Shown here: in pieces, positions 20,099-28,724 of the stretch
Position numbering within the stretch: position 1 is the stretch's first letter
Layout: every line of letters starts with the position of its first letter
Source of the DNA: Dehalococcoidia bacterium
GTDB taxonomy: Bacteria; Chloroflexota; Dehalococcoidia; UBA2979
Assembly (NCBI GenBank): GCA_965219085.1
Contig: OZ244720.1
Span: 3,040,001 to 3,104,000, forward strand
Reading direction: 5' to 3'
DNA length: 64,000 nucleotides
Position numbers and translations under genes: made by a program
The notes under the pieces: generated by a model
What the model saw: only the letters and a program-made list of their open reading frames with translations
What the model was told of the DNA's origin: nothing
Databases searched by the model: none

Positions 20099-21942
20099 GC
20101 GGTGTCCGCCAGCAGCATGCCGCGCGACTGATAGCAGTCCGGGTCCAGATCGTCCAGCAACTCCGACCGGGTCCTGGGTCGGCACACGATGGTGAGTGCA
20201 CGGCTTGAGCGCGTCAATGCGACGTACAGTTGCGCCCGATTACTGTCTGTCGATTCGCCGCGTGGCTCAAAGTCCAGCAGGTACACCGATGAGAAATCGA
20301 GCCCTTTCGCCGAGTGGACGGTGAGCACGGAAACGTGGGATCCATCGGGGGCTGAGCCCGAAACAAGTGCCGCGTCGACACCGTGGCCCTCGAGGTGGCT
20401 TGCGATGCCTCGGGCGCGCCTGTTCGTTGAGGTCAGGACTGCAATCTGTGAAGGCGGGCGTCCGTCATTGATTTCCTGTCGCACCGAGTCGGTGATGAAG
20501 GCCCGTTCCTGTTCCGCCGTCGGGAAGTGCGCGAGTACGGGGACGGGGCCGTCACGCTCGCTAGACTGCATTTCGCCAACTTCGCGCTGCATCTCCTCGT
20601 CGCTGTCGTAAAGGGACGAGGCGAGCGCGTGGATCTGACGCGTTGATCGATACGGGATGCGCAGGATCCGTACGCGCGAGCCGGGAGGCCGCAGTTCACG
20701 TTGAGCCCACGTGAACCCGTGGGCGTAGATCGACTGCGCGGCGTCGGCGAAAACCATCATCATGTTCTCAGAGCCACGCGCAAGGGCACGTGCGAGGCGC
20801 GCCATGACCGGACTGCAATCCTGCGCCTCGTCGACGATGAGGGCGCGGTAGGGTGGGGGCTCCGCGTCGCTCTCCAGCAGGGTCCGCGCGTGCTCGATCA
20901 GATCGTCCCACTGGTAAGGGCCACCGGCTTCCGGCCGGATACGTTTCTCCAGTTCCCAGATCGCCAGGCGCTGAGGCCGCCTCAAAGGCCGCAGGCCCTG
21001 GCTCCGTGGGCGCGTGATGTCGAGGTAGGGAGCGCTGTCCGCGAATTGGTTGGGGCGTAGCACGTTTAGGATTTCCTCGGCGAGTTCATCGTCGGAGAGG
21101 TCGGCGATCTCCTCCTGGTGTTCGTCGGGGAGGCTCGCACGGCCGATCGTGACGGCGGTCCTGAGTTCCCGGCCGAAGGCGTCGACGGTGATGCTAGCGC
21201 CTCTGCTTCGCGCATACCGCGCTGCCCAACTGTGGAAACTCGTCACCTCGATGGCTTCCGCGGCGGCAGGGTCGGCGATGGAGTCGATCGCTTGACGCAC
21301 CGTCTCCATCAGGACGCGGTTATAGCAGAGGTACAGGACTGGGCCCGCGCCCAGAACCGGCGTGGTGGCGAGATGGATCGCGCGCCGGATCGCGATCGAG
21401 CTCTTGCCCGTCCCAGCACCCCCCTTTACGAACGCCAATCCGCCCCAGTTGCTCGTGTCGAGTGTCACCAGCGCCGCTTGGCGATCATCGAGCGCAGTGA
21501 AGTACTCCGAGAAGCCTTGCTGGGCCATCTCGACTAACAGGTCGGTGCTCGCGATTGGCACCGGATCTTTGGGCGACGTCCTCGGTATCGCCGCCGGGGC
21601 ACCGGTGCCTGCGGTCCTCATTTCCGCCGCCCGCTCGACCAGCGAAGCGATGGTGGATCTGTGCCGGTCCGCCCAGTCGTACGCCTCGCCGTGGTTATCG
21701 ACCCAGAGCAGCACGAACCTATCTTCCAGGCTGGCGAGGATAAGTCGATACTTGCCTGTGACCCGGATCGAGTCGACCCGCGCGTCCCCGAGGTTGTAGA
21801 GCCGTTCCCAGTTGAGGCCGGGGCTCAGCGGATCGTCCGCAAGCCGCTGCCACGCCTCTGCCGTTTCCGCCGCTAGCCGTTCAGTGAGCCGGTCGAATCC
21901 CTCCATAAACGTCGGTGCTACGAACAGGTGCCGCTCGGCCAT
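20095..21942 (-). CDS. UvrD-like SF1 helicase with N-terminal RelE-like domain
   Basis: GGAGTGKS, IVDEAQD, DAAQSIY, YRST, TVHSAKGLDF, LYVALTRS; N-terminal PGLNWERL..SIRV..YRLI..HGEAYDWA. Confidence 0.85.
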   Translation of the reverse strand: MAERHLFVAPTFMEGFDRLTERLAAETAEAWQRLADDPLSPGLNWERLYNLGDARVDSIRVTGKYRLILASLEDRFVLLWVDNHGEAYDWADRHRSTIASLVERAAEMRTAGTGAPAAIPRTSPKDPVPIASTDLLVEMAQQGFSEYFTALDDRQAALVTLDTSNWGGLAFVKGGAGTGKSSIAIRRAIHLATTPVLGAGPVLYLCYNRVLMETVRQAIDSIADPAAAEAIEVTSFHSWAARYARSRGASITVDAFGRELRTAVTIGRASLPDEHQEEIADLSDDELAEEILNVLRPNQFADSAPYLDITRPRSQGLRPLRRPQRLAIWELEKRIRPEAGGPYQWDDLIEHARTLLESDAEPPPYRALIVDEAQDCSPVMARLARALARGSENMMMVFADAAQSIYAHGFTWAQRELRPPGSRVRILRIPYRSTRQIHALASSLYDSDEEMQREVGEMQSSERDGPVPVLAHFPTAEQERAFITDSVRQEINDGRPPSQIAVLTSTNRRARGIASHLEGHGVDAALVSGSAPDGSHVSVLTVHSAKGLDFSSVYLLDFEPRGESTDSNRAQLYVALTRSSRALTIVCRPRTRSELLDDLDPDCYQSRGMLLADTA

Positions 21943-22025
21943 AGGTACCCGCCTCCATCAGTCTTGTGATGGCGAGTGATTCTACGGCACGTACCGGTTG
22001 CTCGTAGAGGCCTCTCTCAGGGCAG

Positions 22026-22055
22026 CAGAATGGCAGCCGCGTGGCTGCCATTCTG
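22026..22055. terminator. Hairpin CAGAATGGCAGCC-GCGT-GGCTGCCATTCTG downstream of the oxidoreductase operon
   Basis: 13-bp perfect inverted repeat. Confidence 0.55.
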
Positions 22056-22109
22056 GTTGTGCGCCGCGAGGTCGGGAAGGGGCGCGCCCGCGCCCGCTTC
22101 TCGGCTCCG

Positions 22110-22982
22110 CTAGATGGCCAGCGTGTCGAGCATCTCGTCGACGGTGCGCTGGCGGGCCTTGGTGCGCTCGCGCGCCTCGGTCAGGCGGTCGTGCATCGGG
22201 ATGCTCTCGTGTGCGCGATAGAGCAGGCCGATGGGGATGCCGCCTTGCTGGGCGATGTCGAGCGCGCCGGCGAGGTTCGCCGGGTCGTGGCTCTCGGGGA
22301 TGTCCCAGGAGCCGGGGTCGATGCCCTTGGCAGGGTTGCCCTTGAGTGCCTCGTACGTGTCGTTGTACGTCGTGCAGGGCGACTGGACGTGGATCATCGC
22401 GAAGCCGGGGTAGTCCATCGCGTTGCTGATGTGCTGAGCGAGGACACGCGGCTGGGTCGAGACGGCCGATACCACATACTTGACGCCGCACGAGAGGTAC
22501 AGCAGCAGCGGGTTCATCGGGTCGTCGAGCTTGCCGTAGGGCGTGGTCGGCGTGACCATGCCGAACTCGGTCGTGGGTGAGGCCTGACCCTTGGTGAGGC
22601 CGTACACGCCGTTGTCCATGATGATGCAGGTCACGTCGAGGTTGCGCTTCGCCGCCGGGGCGATGTGCTCTCCGCCGATGCTCAGGAAGTCACCGTCGCC
22701 GGCGACGACCACGACGTTGAGGTCGGGACGCCCCGTCTTGATGCCGAGGGCGATCGGGAGCGTGCGGCCGTGGATGCCGTGGATGCCGAACGGCTGCGGG
22801 CCCTCCTGCAGGTGCACGAGGTTCCCGGAGCAGCCGATCCCGGCCACCATCACGGTGTCCTCGATCGGCCGGTTCTTCGTGTTCACCCAGTCCGCGAGCG
22901 CGAGTTCGACGGAGCGGACAACGGCGAAGTCGCCGCAGCCGGGGCACCACTTGAAGTCATAGTCGGGGTTTCGCTTGGTCAT
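22110..22982 (-). CDS. 2-oxoacid:ferredoxin oxidoreductase subunit beta
   Basis: WCPGCGD, GIGCS, HGR, GDGD...MDNGVYGLTKGQASPT (TPP motif), SPC. Confidence 0.93.
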   Translation of the reverse strand: MTKRNPDYDFKWCPGCGDFAVVRSVELALADWVNTKNRPIEDTVMVAGIGCSGNLVHLQEGPQPFGIHGIHGRTLPIALGIKTGRPDLNVVVVAGDGDFLSIGGEHIAPAAKRNLDVTCIIMDNGVYGLTKGQASPTTEFGMVTPTTPYGKLDDPMNPLLLYLSCGVKYVVSAVSTQPRVLAQHISNAMDYPGFAMIHVQSPCTTYNDTYEALKGNPAKGIDPGSWDIPESHDPANLAGALDIAQQGGIPIGLLYRAHESIPMHDRLTEARERTKARQRTVDEMLDTLAI

Positions 22983-24685
22983 ACCGTGGCCAGCCTTTCG
23001 GCGCCGCTGCGTGCACGGATCCCCGTCACCAGGTCGCTGACCTTGAACGGGAGCCCCGTGATCTGGGTGATTGATTCGGCCTGGACGCCCTGCTGCCGCA
23101 GCCAGCCCGAGAACTGACCGAGGTAGTTGAGCTCCGGCACGATGACCAGCTCCTTCGTGCGCAGCTCATCGAGCAGCGCCGCCGGGAGTGGGTTGAGGTA
23201 CATGGTGTAGTACCAGCCGACATCGACGCCCGCGGCGCGCATTTCTTCGAACGCTGCGCGCGAGGTGCCCTTGGCGCCGCCCCACGGCATCACCGCGACG
23301 GAGGCGCTGGTGTTGTCGGCCTCGAAGTCGTCCTCTTCGAGGAGGTCGAGCTTGCCGAAGCGCCGGCGCGTCATCGGCAGGTGCGTGTGCGGCTGGTGCA
23401 CCGTGTCGCCCTGCTCGTCGTGCTCCGACGCGTTCGCGACGTAGGCGCCTGGGCCGCCGGGCACCGGGAAGGCGCTCACCGTCTCGCCGGCGTAGCGCCG
23501 GTTGGCGACCGAGCCGTCGGAGACGATGCGGTTCTCGATGGTCCACGCCGCCGGGTCGGGCCGCACGATGTCCTGCGCGCGCTCGGCGATCTGCATCTCG
23601 CTCAGGACGATGACAGGGCCCTGGTACCGCTCGGCCCAGTTGAGTCCCATGATGCCGGCCTTGAAGCACTCCTCGACGGTGCCGGGGGCGATGATGGGGA
23701 GCCGCATGTCGCCGTGGCCCGGGTTGAGGCAGGCGAACAGGTCGGACTGCTCGGTCTTGGTCGGGAGCCCGGTGGCGGGGCCACCGCGCTGCACGTCGAC
23801 GATGACGCACGGGATCTCCGCCATCCATGCAAAGCCGATCCCCTCGCCCATGAGGCTGAAGCCCGGCCCGGCCGTCGAGGTCATCGCCTTCTTGCCGGCG
23901 AAGCCCGCGCCGATGATGGTCGAGATCGACTCAATCTCCGAGGTGGCCTGGACGACCACCGTGTCCTCCCCGTGGAGGTTGCCCTCCATGAATACGAGGA
24001 TGGTGGTCGCCGGCGAAATCGGGTATCCGACGAAGATGTCGAGCCCCGCCGTGATGGCGCCGAGGGAGAGGGCGTCGTTGCCCTTGATGACGACCCGCGG
24101 GTGCGTCTCCTCCGGCGGGTCGTCGAGGTCGGCGACCCTGAAGCCGGCCTTCGTGACCTCGTCGAAGCCCAGCCCGAGCGCCTGGATATTGGCCGCGATG
24201 ATCTGCTCGTCGTTGGGGCGGCCGCGGGTGAAGCGGACGGTGATGAAGTCCTCGAAGTAGTCCGGGGGCATCCCGCCCAGCGCGGCTACAGCGCCGATGA
24301 CGACCATGTTCGCCGCGCGGGGGTTGCCCGTGGAGCGCGCGAGTTCGTCGACGGCGAGGCCGATGGCGTTGCCGTTCGACTCGAGCTCGAAGTCCTCGGC
24401 GTTGTACACCAGCACGCCGCCGTCGCGGAGTTCGCCGATGTGGTCCTCGTAGGCCTCACGGTTGAGGACGACGAGCACGTCGAGGGCGTCCCCATCGTGG
24501 AGGATCGGATCGGTGGAGATCCGGGTCTGGGCCCACGTGGGGCCGCCCTTGATCTGCGAGGGGTAGGTGGCATACGTCTGTACGTGGTAGCCCACGCGTG
24601 CTGCCGCCTCGGCGAGCCCCTCGGCTGCCGTGACCTGACCCTGCCCGCCTTCGCCGGCGAACCTGACGATGAGATCCGTACTCAT
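22979..24685 (-). CDS. 2-oxoacid:ferredoxin oxidoreductase subunit alpha (gamma-alpha fusion)
   Basis: AGEGGQG, YPSQIKGG, GYPISPAT, QRGGPATGLPTKTEQSD. Confidence 0.93.
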   Translation of the reverse strand: MSTDLIVRFAGEGGQGQVTAAEGLAEAAARVGYHVQTYATYPSQIKGGPTWAQTRISTDPILHDGDALDVLVVLNREAYEDHIGELRDGGVLVYNAEDFELESNGNAIGLAVDELARSTGNPRAANMVVIGAVAALGGMPPDYFEDFITVRFTRGRPNDEQIIAANIQALGLGFDEVTKAGFRVADLDDPPEETHPRVVIKGNDALSLGAITAGLDIFVGYPISPATTILVFMEGNLHGEDTVVVQATSEIESISTIIGAGFAGKKAMTSTAGPGFSLMGEGIGFAWMAEIPCVIVDVQRGGPATGLPTKTEQSDLFACLNPGHGDMRLPIIAPGTVEECFKAGIMGLNWAERYQGPVIVLSEMQIAERAQDIVRPDPAAWTIENRIVSDGSVANRRYAGETVSAFPVPGGPGAYVANASEHDEQGDTVHQPHTHLPMTRRRFGKLDLLEEDDFEADNTSASVAVMPWGGAKGTSRAAFEEMRAAGVDVGWYYTMYLNPLPAALLDELRTKELVIVPELNYLGQFSGWLRQQGVQAESITQITGLPFKVSDLVTGIRARSGAERLATV

Positions 24686-25065
24686 CTAGCGACCTCGTTA
24701 CGCGGTGATCCGGTTTCCAGGGAACCCAGTTGCATGGACAGACGGGACGTGTTCCGAGGACCAGACGACTCTTCCGCCGAACCCGGCGGAGCATGCCCCG
24801 ACAAAGCATGCACTGTGCCGCGGGCCTGCTGGCTTGGAGACCTTGGTGCTCGTCGCTGTCTCATCCGGCATATCCGGTGCGCTGAGCGTCCCCTGATGCA
24901 AGCACGCTGGCGTGCTCGGATGCGAGTATCCGCCTCGCATGCGGATATGTTCAACCTATCCCCAGAGTATTGCGGGGGTCCGGCTATGATATTGGCCCGA
25001 GAGTCGCCTTGCTCGCCCCCTGAGCGCGCGTCCAGATGGCCTCGAGCACACCGCGGGAGCGTTGC

Positions 25066-25323
25066 GTGGTCAAGACCTACGTGCTCATCGTGACCGACCC
25101 GGGCCGCACGCGACATGTGACGGCCGCGCTTGCCGCCATCGAGCAGGTGGAGGCCGTGAATGAGGTCATGGGACCCTACGACATCGTGGTCGAAATCGTT
25201 ACCGAGAGCCTCACTGACATCCGGCCCATCCTCTCCGACCAGATCCGCGTCCTCGAGGGCATCGAGTCGACCACGTCGCTCGTCACGCTCCCGCAGGACG
25301 CACCACCCGACAACTTGACGTAA
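25066..25323 (+). CDS. Stand-alone Lrp/AsnC ligand-binding domain protein
   Basis: VMGPYDIVV, IRVLEGIESTTS. Confidence 0.8.
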   Translation: MVKTYVLIVTDPGRTRHVTAALAAIEQVEAVNEVMGPYDIVVEIVTESLTDIRPILSDQIRVLEGIESTTSLVTLPQDAPPDNLT

Positions 25324-25436
25324 CTACGTCCCTGGCAGGAGCCTCTTCGCCGAGTGGCGAGAGCAGGTGGAGCGATTCGCGCATCGGCCGCATCGGGCGG
25401 TTGTGAGTCGGGGACGCCGCGCCTACGCTCGACGGC

Positions 25437-26315
25437 GTGAGACGACACCTCGATCGCTGGCGGGAACTCGTGCGCACGCGCCGCGAGCAGATGGACCGCC
25501 AGCTCGACGCCCTCGGCGGTCCGCCCGAGGACTGGTGGGCGGGTCGTACGGCGCTGTTCACGCGCGGCATCGGTGACGTTGCCGCGTTGCCTCCCCCGGG
25601 GCTTGAGGCCATCGTCGAGCGGCTCGAGCGTCACCACACGCTCATCGACGTCGGGGCCGGCGCGGGCCGCTACGCGGCCCCGCTCTCGCGCGCGGTCCGC
25701 CACGTCACGCTGGTTGAGCCGTCGCCGGCGATGGCGCGGCTCGCCCGGCAGCAGCTCGAGCAGCTGGGACGCGATAACTGGACGCTCGTCGAGCAAGGCT
25801 GGCTGCAGGCAGACGACCTCGATCCCGCCTCAGCCGTGCTGTTCGCCAACGTGCTCAACCCGCACGAGGACATCGAGGACTGGATCGACCGGGCGCTGTC
25901 GCTCGCGCGGGGGTGGCTCTTCATCGTGCACGGCTCGATGCCGGAGGTGATGCCCCACATGCAGCGCGTCGCTCGCGCCCTGTACGGCGAGGAGCGCGTG
26001 GCGCAGCCGGGCATGAGCGACCTCATCCCGGCGCTGCACGACATGGACATCTACCCGGACGTGGTCATGTTCGAGCGCCGCTTCGCGCGGTCGTACAGCG
26101 ACACGGACGAGGCGGCCCGCGAGATCGCCTCGACGCTGCTCATCGAGCCCTCGGTGGAAGCGCTCGGGCGCATTCGCGAGATCATCGAGCCGGACCTGCT
26201 TGTGCGCGCGAACGGGCGTGTCGCGCTGCCGGCAGTCACGGCGCCCCACGCGCTGCTGATCTGGCGCACGGCCGGCCGGGGCGTTGGCCGACGCTGGCGA
26301 TGGCTGCGAGACTAG
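25437..26315 (+). CDS. Class I SAM-dependent methyltransferase
   Basis: LIDVGAGAGRY, VEPSPAM; start uncertain. Confidence 0.82.
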   Translation: MRRHLDRWRELVRTRREQMDRQLDALGGPPEDWWAGRTALFTRGIGDVAALPPPGLEAIVERLERHHTLIDVGAGAGRYAAPLSRAVRHVTLVEPSPAMARLARQQLEQLGRDNWTLVEQGWLQADDLDPASAVLFANVLNPHEDIEDWIDRALSLARGWLFIVHGSMPEVMPHMQRVARALYGEERVAQPGMSDLIPALHDMDIYPDVVMFERRFARSYSDTDEAAREIASTLLIEPSVEALGRIREIIEPDLLVRANGRVALPAVTAPHALLIWRTAGRGVGRRWRWLRD

Positions 26316-26335
26316 TCGAGGAAGGGACGCACACC

Positions 26336-26818
26336 ATGCCTATCATCCTCGGTGCGGGCGACGCCGCCCCCACGTTCGAGCTGCCCGATCAGGACGGCGA
26401 GGTGCATCGCCTGTCGGACTACCAGGGCCAGGCGGTGGTGCTGTACTTCTACCCGCGAGACTTCACGCCCGGCTGTACCACCCAGGCGTGCTCGCTCCGC
26501 GACACCCACCAGGAGATCGCCGACGAGGGCGCCATCGTCCTCGGCGTCTCCATCGACGACGCGGAGTCGCATCAGAAGTTCCGCGAGGAGCACGGCCTGC
26601 CGTTCCCGTTGCTCGTCGACGCCGACGCGAAGGTCGCCACGCGCTACGGGGCGTGGGGCGAGAAGACGCTCTACGGCCGCAAGAGCATCGGCATGACGCG
26701 CGCCACGTTCGTGATCGGGCCGAGCGGGCGGCTGCTGAAGGTGTGGAAGCGCGCGCGGGCCGCCGACCATGGCGAAGCGGTGCTGAAGGCGCTGCGAGAC
26801 CTCGTCGGCCACGCGTAG
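26336..26818 (+). CDS. bcp: Thioredoxin-dependent thiol peroxidase (Bcp/PrxQ)
   Basis: YFYPRDFTPGCTTQAC, YGAWGEK..YG. Confidence 0.92.
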   Translation: MPIILGAGDAAPTFELPDQDGEVHRLSDYQGQAVVLYFYPRDFTPGCTTQACSLRDTHQEIADEGAIVLGVSIDDAESHQKFREEHGLPFPLLVDADAKVATRYGAWGEKTLYGRKSIGMTRATFVIGPSGRLLKVWKRARAADHGEAVLKALRDLVGHA

Positions 26819-26836
26819 ACCGTTCCCGCCGACCAC

Positions 26837-28618
26837 CTACCTCGCGGGCAGGCGGTCCTGCGCCTCCCAGATGCGGTCGAGGACCGGACGGCCAGCGCCG
26901 GCGGGGTCGACGAACTCCGGCCGGTAGATCCAGTGATAGTCGCCGCCGTCGCCCCGGATCTCGACCGGGCGGATGCGGTAGCCGAGCAGCCGCTCGGCCG
27001 TGAACCCCAGCTCGATGACCAGTCCCTGCGCCGTCTCGTCCGACCAGTCCTGGTCGAAGACGAAGTTCCCGCCCGCGTAGGACACGAGCGCGCCCTCGAA
27101 GTGCTCGACGGCCTGCACCCAGTGCGGGTGGTTGCCGATCACCAGCGCCGCGCCGGCATCAATCGCGATGCCGGCGATCTCCCGCTGGAACGCGTTCGGG
27201 TCTGACTTGTACTCGATACCCCAGTTCGCGCCGACCACCACGTGGTCGGCGACCTCGCGCGCGGCACCGATGTCCTCGCGCAGGCTCGCGGGGTCGAGGG
27301 GCGCCGTGCCGGCCGCGACTGCCGTGGCGTGGTACCACGGCGCCATCGAGTCGTAGCCGAGGAACGCGAACCGCACCGGCCCGTTCGCGGTCTCCACCGT
27401 CACGACGGCGGGGGAGCGGGCGGCCTCGAGGTCCTCGCCCGCCCCGGCGGTCGCGATACCGGCGCCGTGCAGCCGTTCGAGCGTGTCGAGCAGCACGAGT
27501 GCGGCCGGGCAGCCGCCCCAGCAGTCGCCGATGTGATTGCCGATGGGCATGACCACGTCGATGCCTGCCTCGGCGAGTGCGTCGACGACGCGCGGGCTGC
27601 CCTGCAGCACGTACGTCTCGAGGCACGGCGTCGGCGTGCCGAGGTCGGTGAGGGACGTCTCGAGGGATGAGACGGTGATCTCCGCGGCGGTGGTCGCCTC
27701 GCGGACGCCGTCGAACATCGCCCCGTAGTCGTCGAGGTGTTCGAGCATGAAGTTCGAGCAGCGGACGGGGAGTAACTCGCCAGTGACGAGCATCCCCACG
27801 GGATCGAACACCGGCGCGGTGACGAGGCCGGCTGCGACAGCAAGCGCGGTCGCATCGTCGGGGGTCGGCGCGCGCACCCAGTGCGCCAGCTGCAGCGGCG
27901 AAAACGCGGCGAAGTCACGGTAGGGGTCGTAGCCGTCGAGGGTGAGCGCGAGCAGACCGAGTCGCATCTCTTCTGGAGCGATCAGGGCGAACGCACCGGG
28001 CGTGGTCGCCACGCGTTCCGGCACCTCGTCGTCCGGCAGCACGATCGCGGCCAGCAGGCGCCCCGGCTTGCCGAGGGCATCCGCGATAGCGGCTGCCTGC
28101 GACGCCGGGAGATAGACGGCGATCGGTTGTGGGCGCCCGCCGAACGCGGACCAATCGCTGGCGTCGCCGTGCAGGATGTCGAGGACGTCGCCGCGGCGGA
28201 GGCCCAGCACGTCGCGGCGCTGGTCGGTGACCGCAACCCAGCGCGCGAGCACGAACCGAGCCCGCGTGTCCGCCAACTCCTCGTCGGCAATCGCCAGTTC
28301 CGCAGCGTCGGGATCGGTGGCCACGACGTAGCGGGACGATGTGTTGAGCGCTCCCTCGATACGGGCTCGCTCGGCATCGTCGGAGATGAGGAGCGCGACG
28401 GCAGTGCGCGGGTCAGGCGTCGGCGTTGGGGATGGCGTCGGGGTCGGGGTGGCACGGATGGGCGTGGGTGTCGGCGAGGGCGTACTGGTGGCCTCGGTGG
28501 TCGGAGCCGGCGGCGCTTGCTGCACGCACGCCGTCAGGGTGAGGAGCAGCACGCCCACGGCGACAGCCGCCAGGCGCGCGGGGCCCGGCCGCAGCACGGC
28601 GCGGATCAGCGTGGGCAT
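26837..28618 (-). CDS. CapA (PGA_cap) metallophosphatase-family lipoprotein
   Basis: Lipobox LTAC, PT-rich linker, GNHIGD, WGIEY, GNHPHW, GNFVFDQ. Confidence 0.85.
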   Translation of the reverse strand: MPTLIRAVLRPGPARLAAVAVGVLLLTLTACVQQAPPAPTTEATSTPSPTPTPIRATPTPTPSPTPTPDPRTAVALLISDDAERARIEGALNTSSRYVVATDPDAAELAIADEELADTRARFVLARWVAVTDQRRDVLGLRRGDVLDILHGDASDWSAFGGRPQPIAVYLPASQAAAIADALGKPGRLLAAIVLPDDEVPERVATTPGAFALIAPEEMRLGLLALTLDGYDPYRDFAAFSPLQLAHWVRAPTPDDATALAVAAGLVTAPVFDPVGMLVTGELLPVRCSNFMLEHLDDYGAMFDGVREATTAAEITVSSLETSLTDLGTPTPCLETYVLQGSPRVVDALAEAGIDVVMPIGNHIGDCWGGCPAALVLLDTLERLHGAGIATAGAGEDLEAARSPAVVTVETANGPVRFAFLGYDSMAPWYHATAVAAGTAPLDPASLREDIGAAREVADHVVVGANWGIEYKSDPNAFQREIAGIAIDAGAALVIGNHPHWVQAVEHFEGALVSYAGGNFVFDQDWSDETAQGLVIELGFTAERLLGYRIRPVEIRGDGGDYHWIYRPEFVDPAGAGRPVLDRIWEAQDRLPAR

Positions 28619-28724
28619 GGGTGCATGAGGCGAAGCCCCGATACATTCGTGTCCGCGCCCATGATAGAGCGCCGCGCGACGTGGACGGCGCGGGCTCCAG
28701 AACACCTCGTGCTAGCCTCGGTGC

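Noticed and set aside
19574-21942. Dpd/7-deazaguanine DNA modification system
   Set aside because: No dpdA/tgt, queC, queE or folE nearby, and the PTPS motif is not the QueD type
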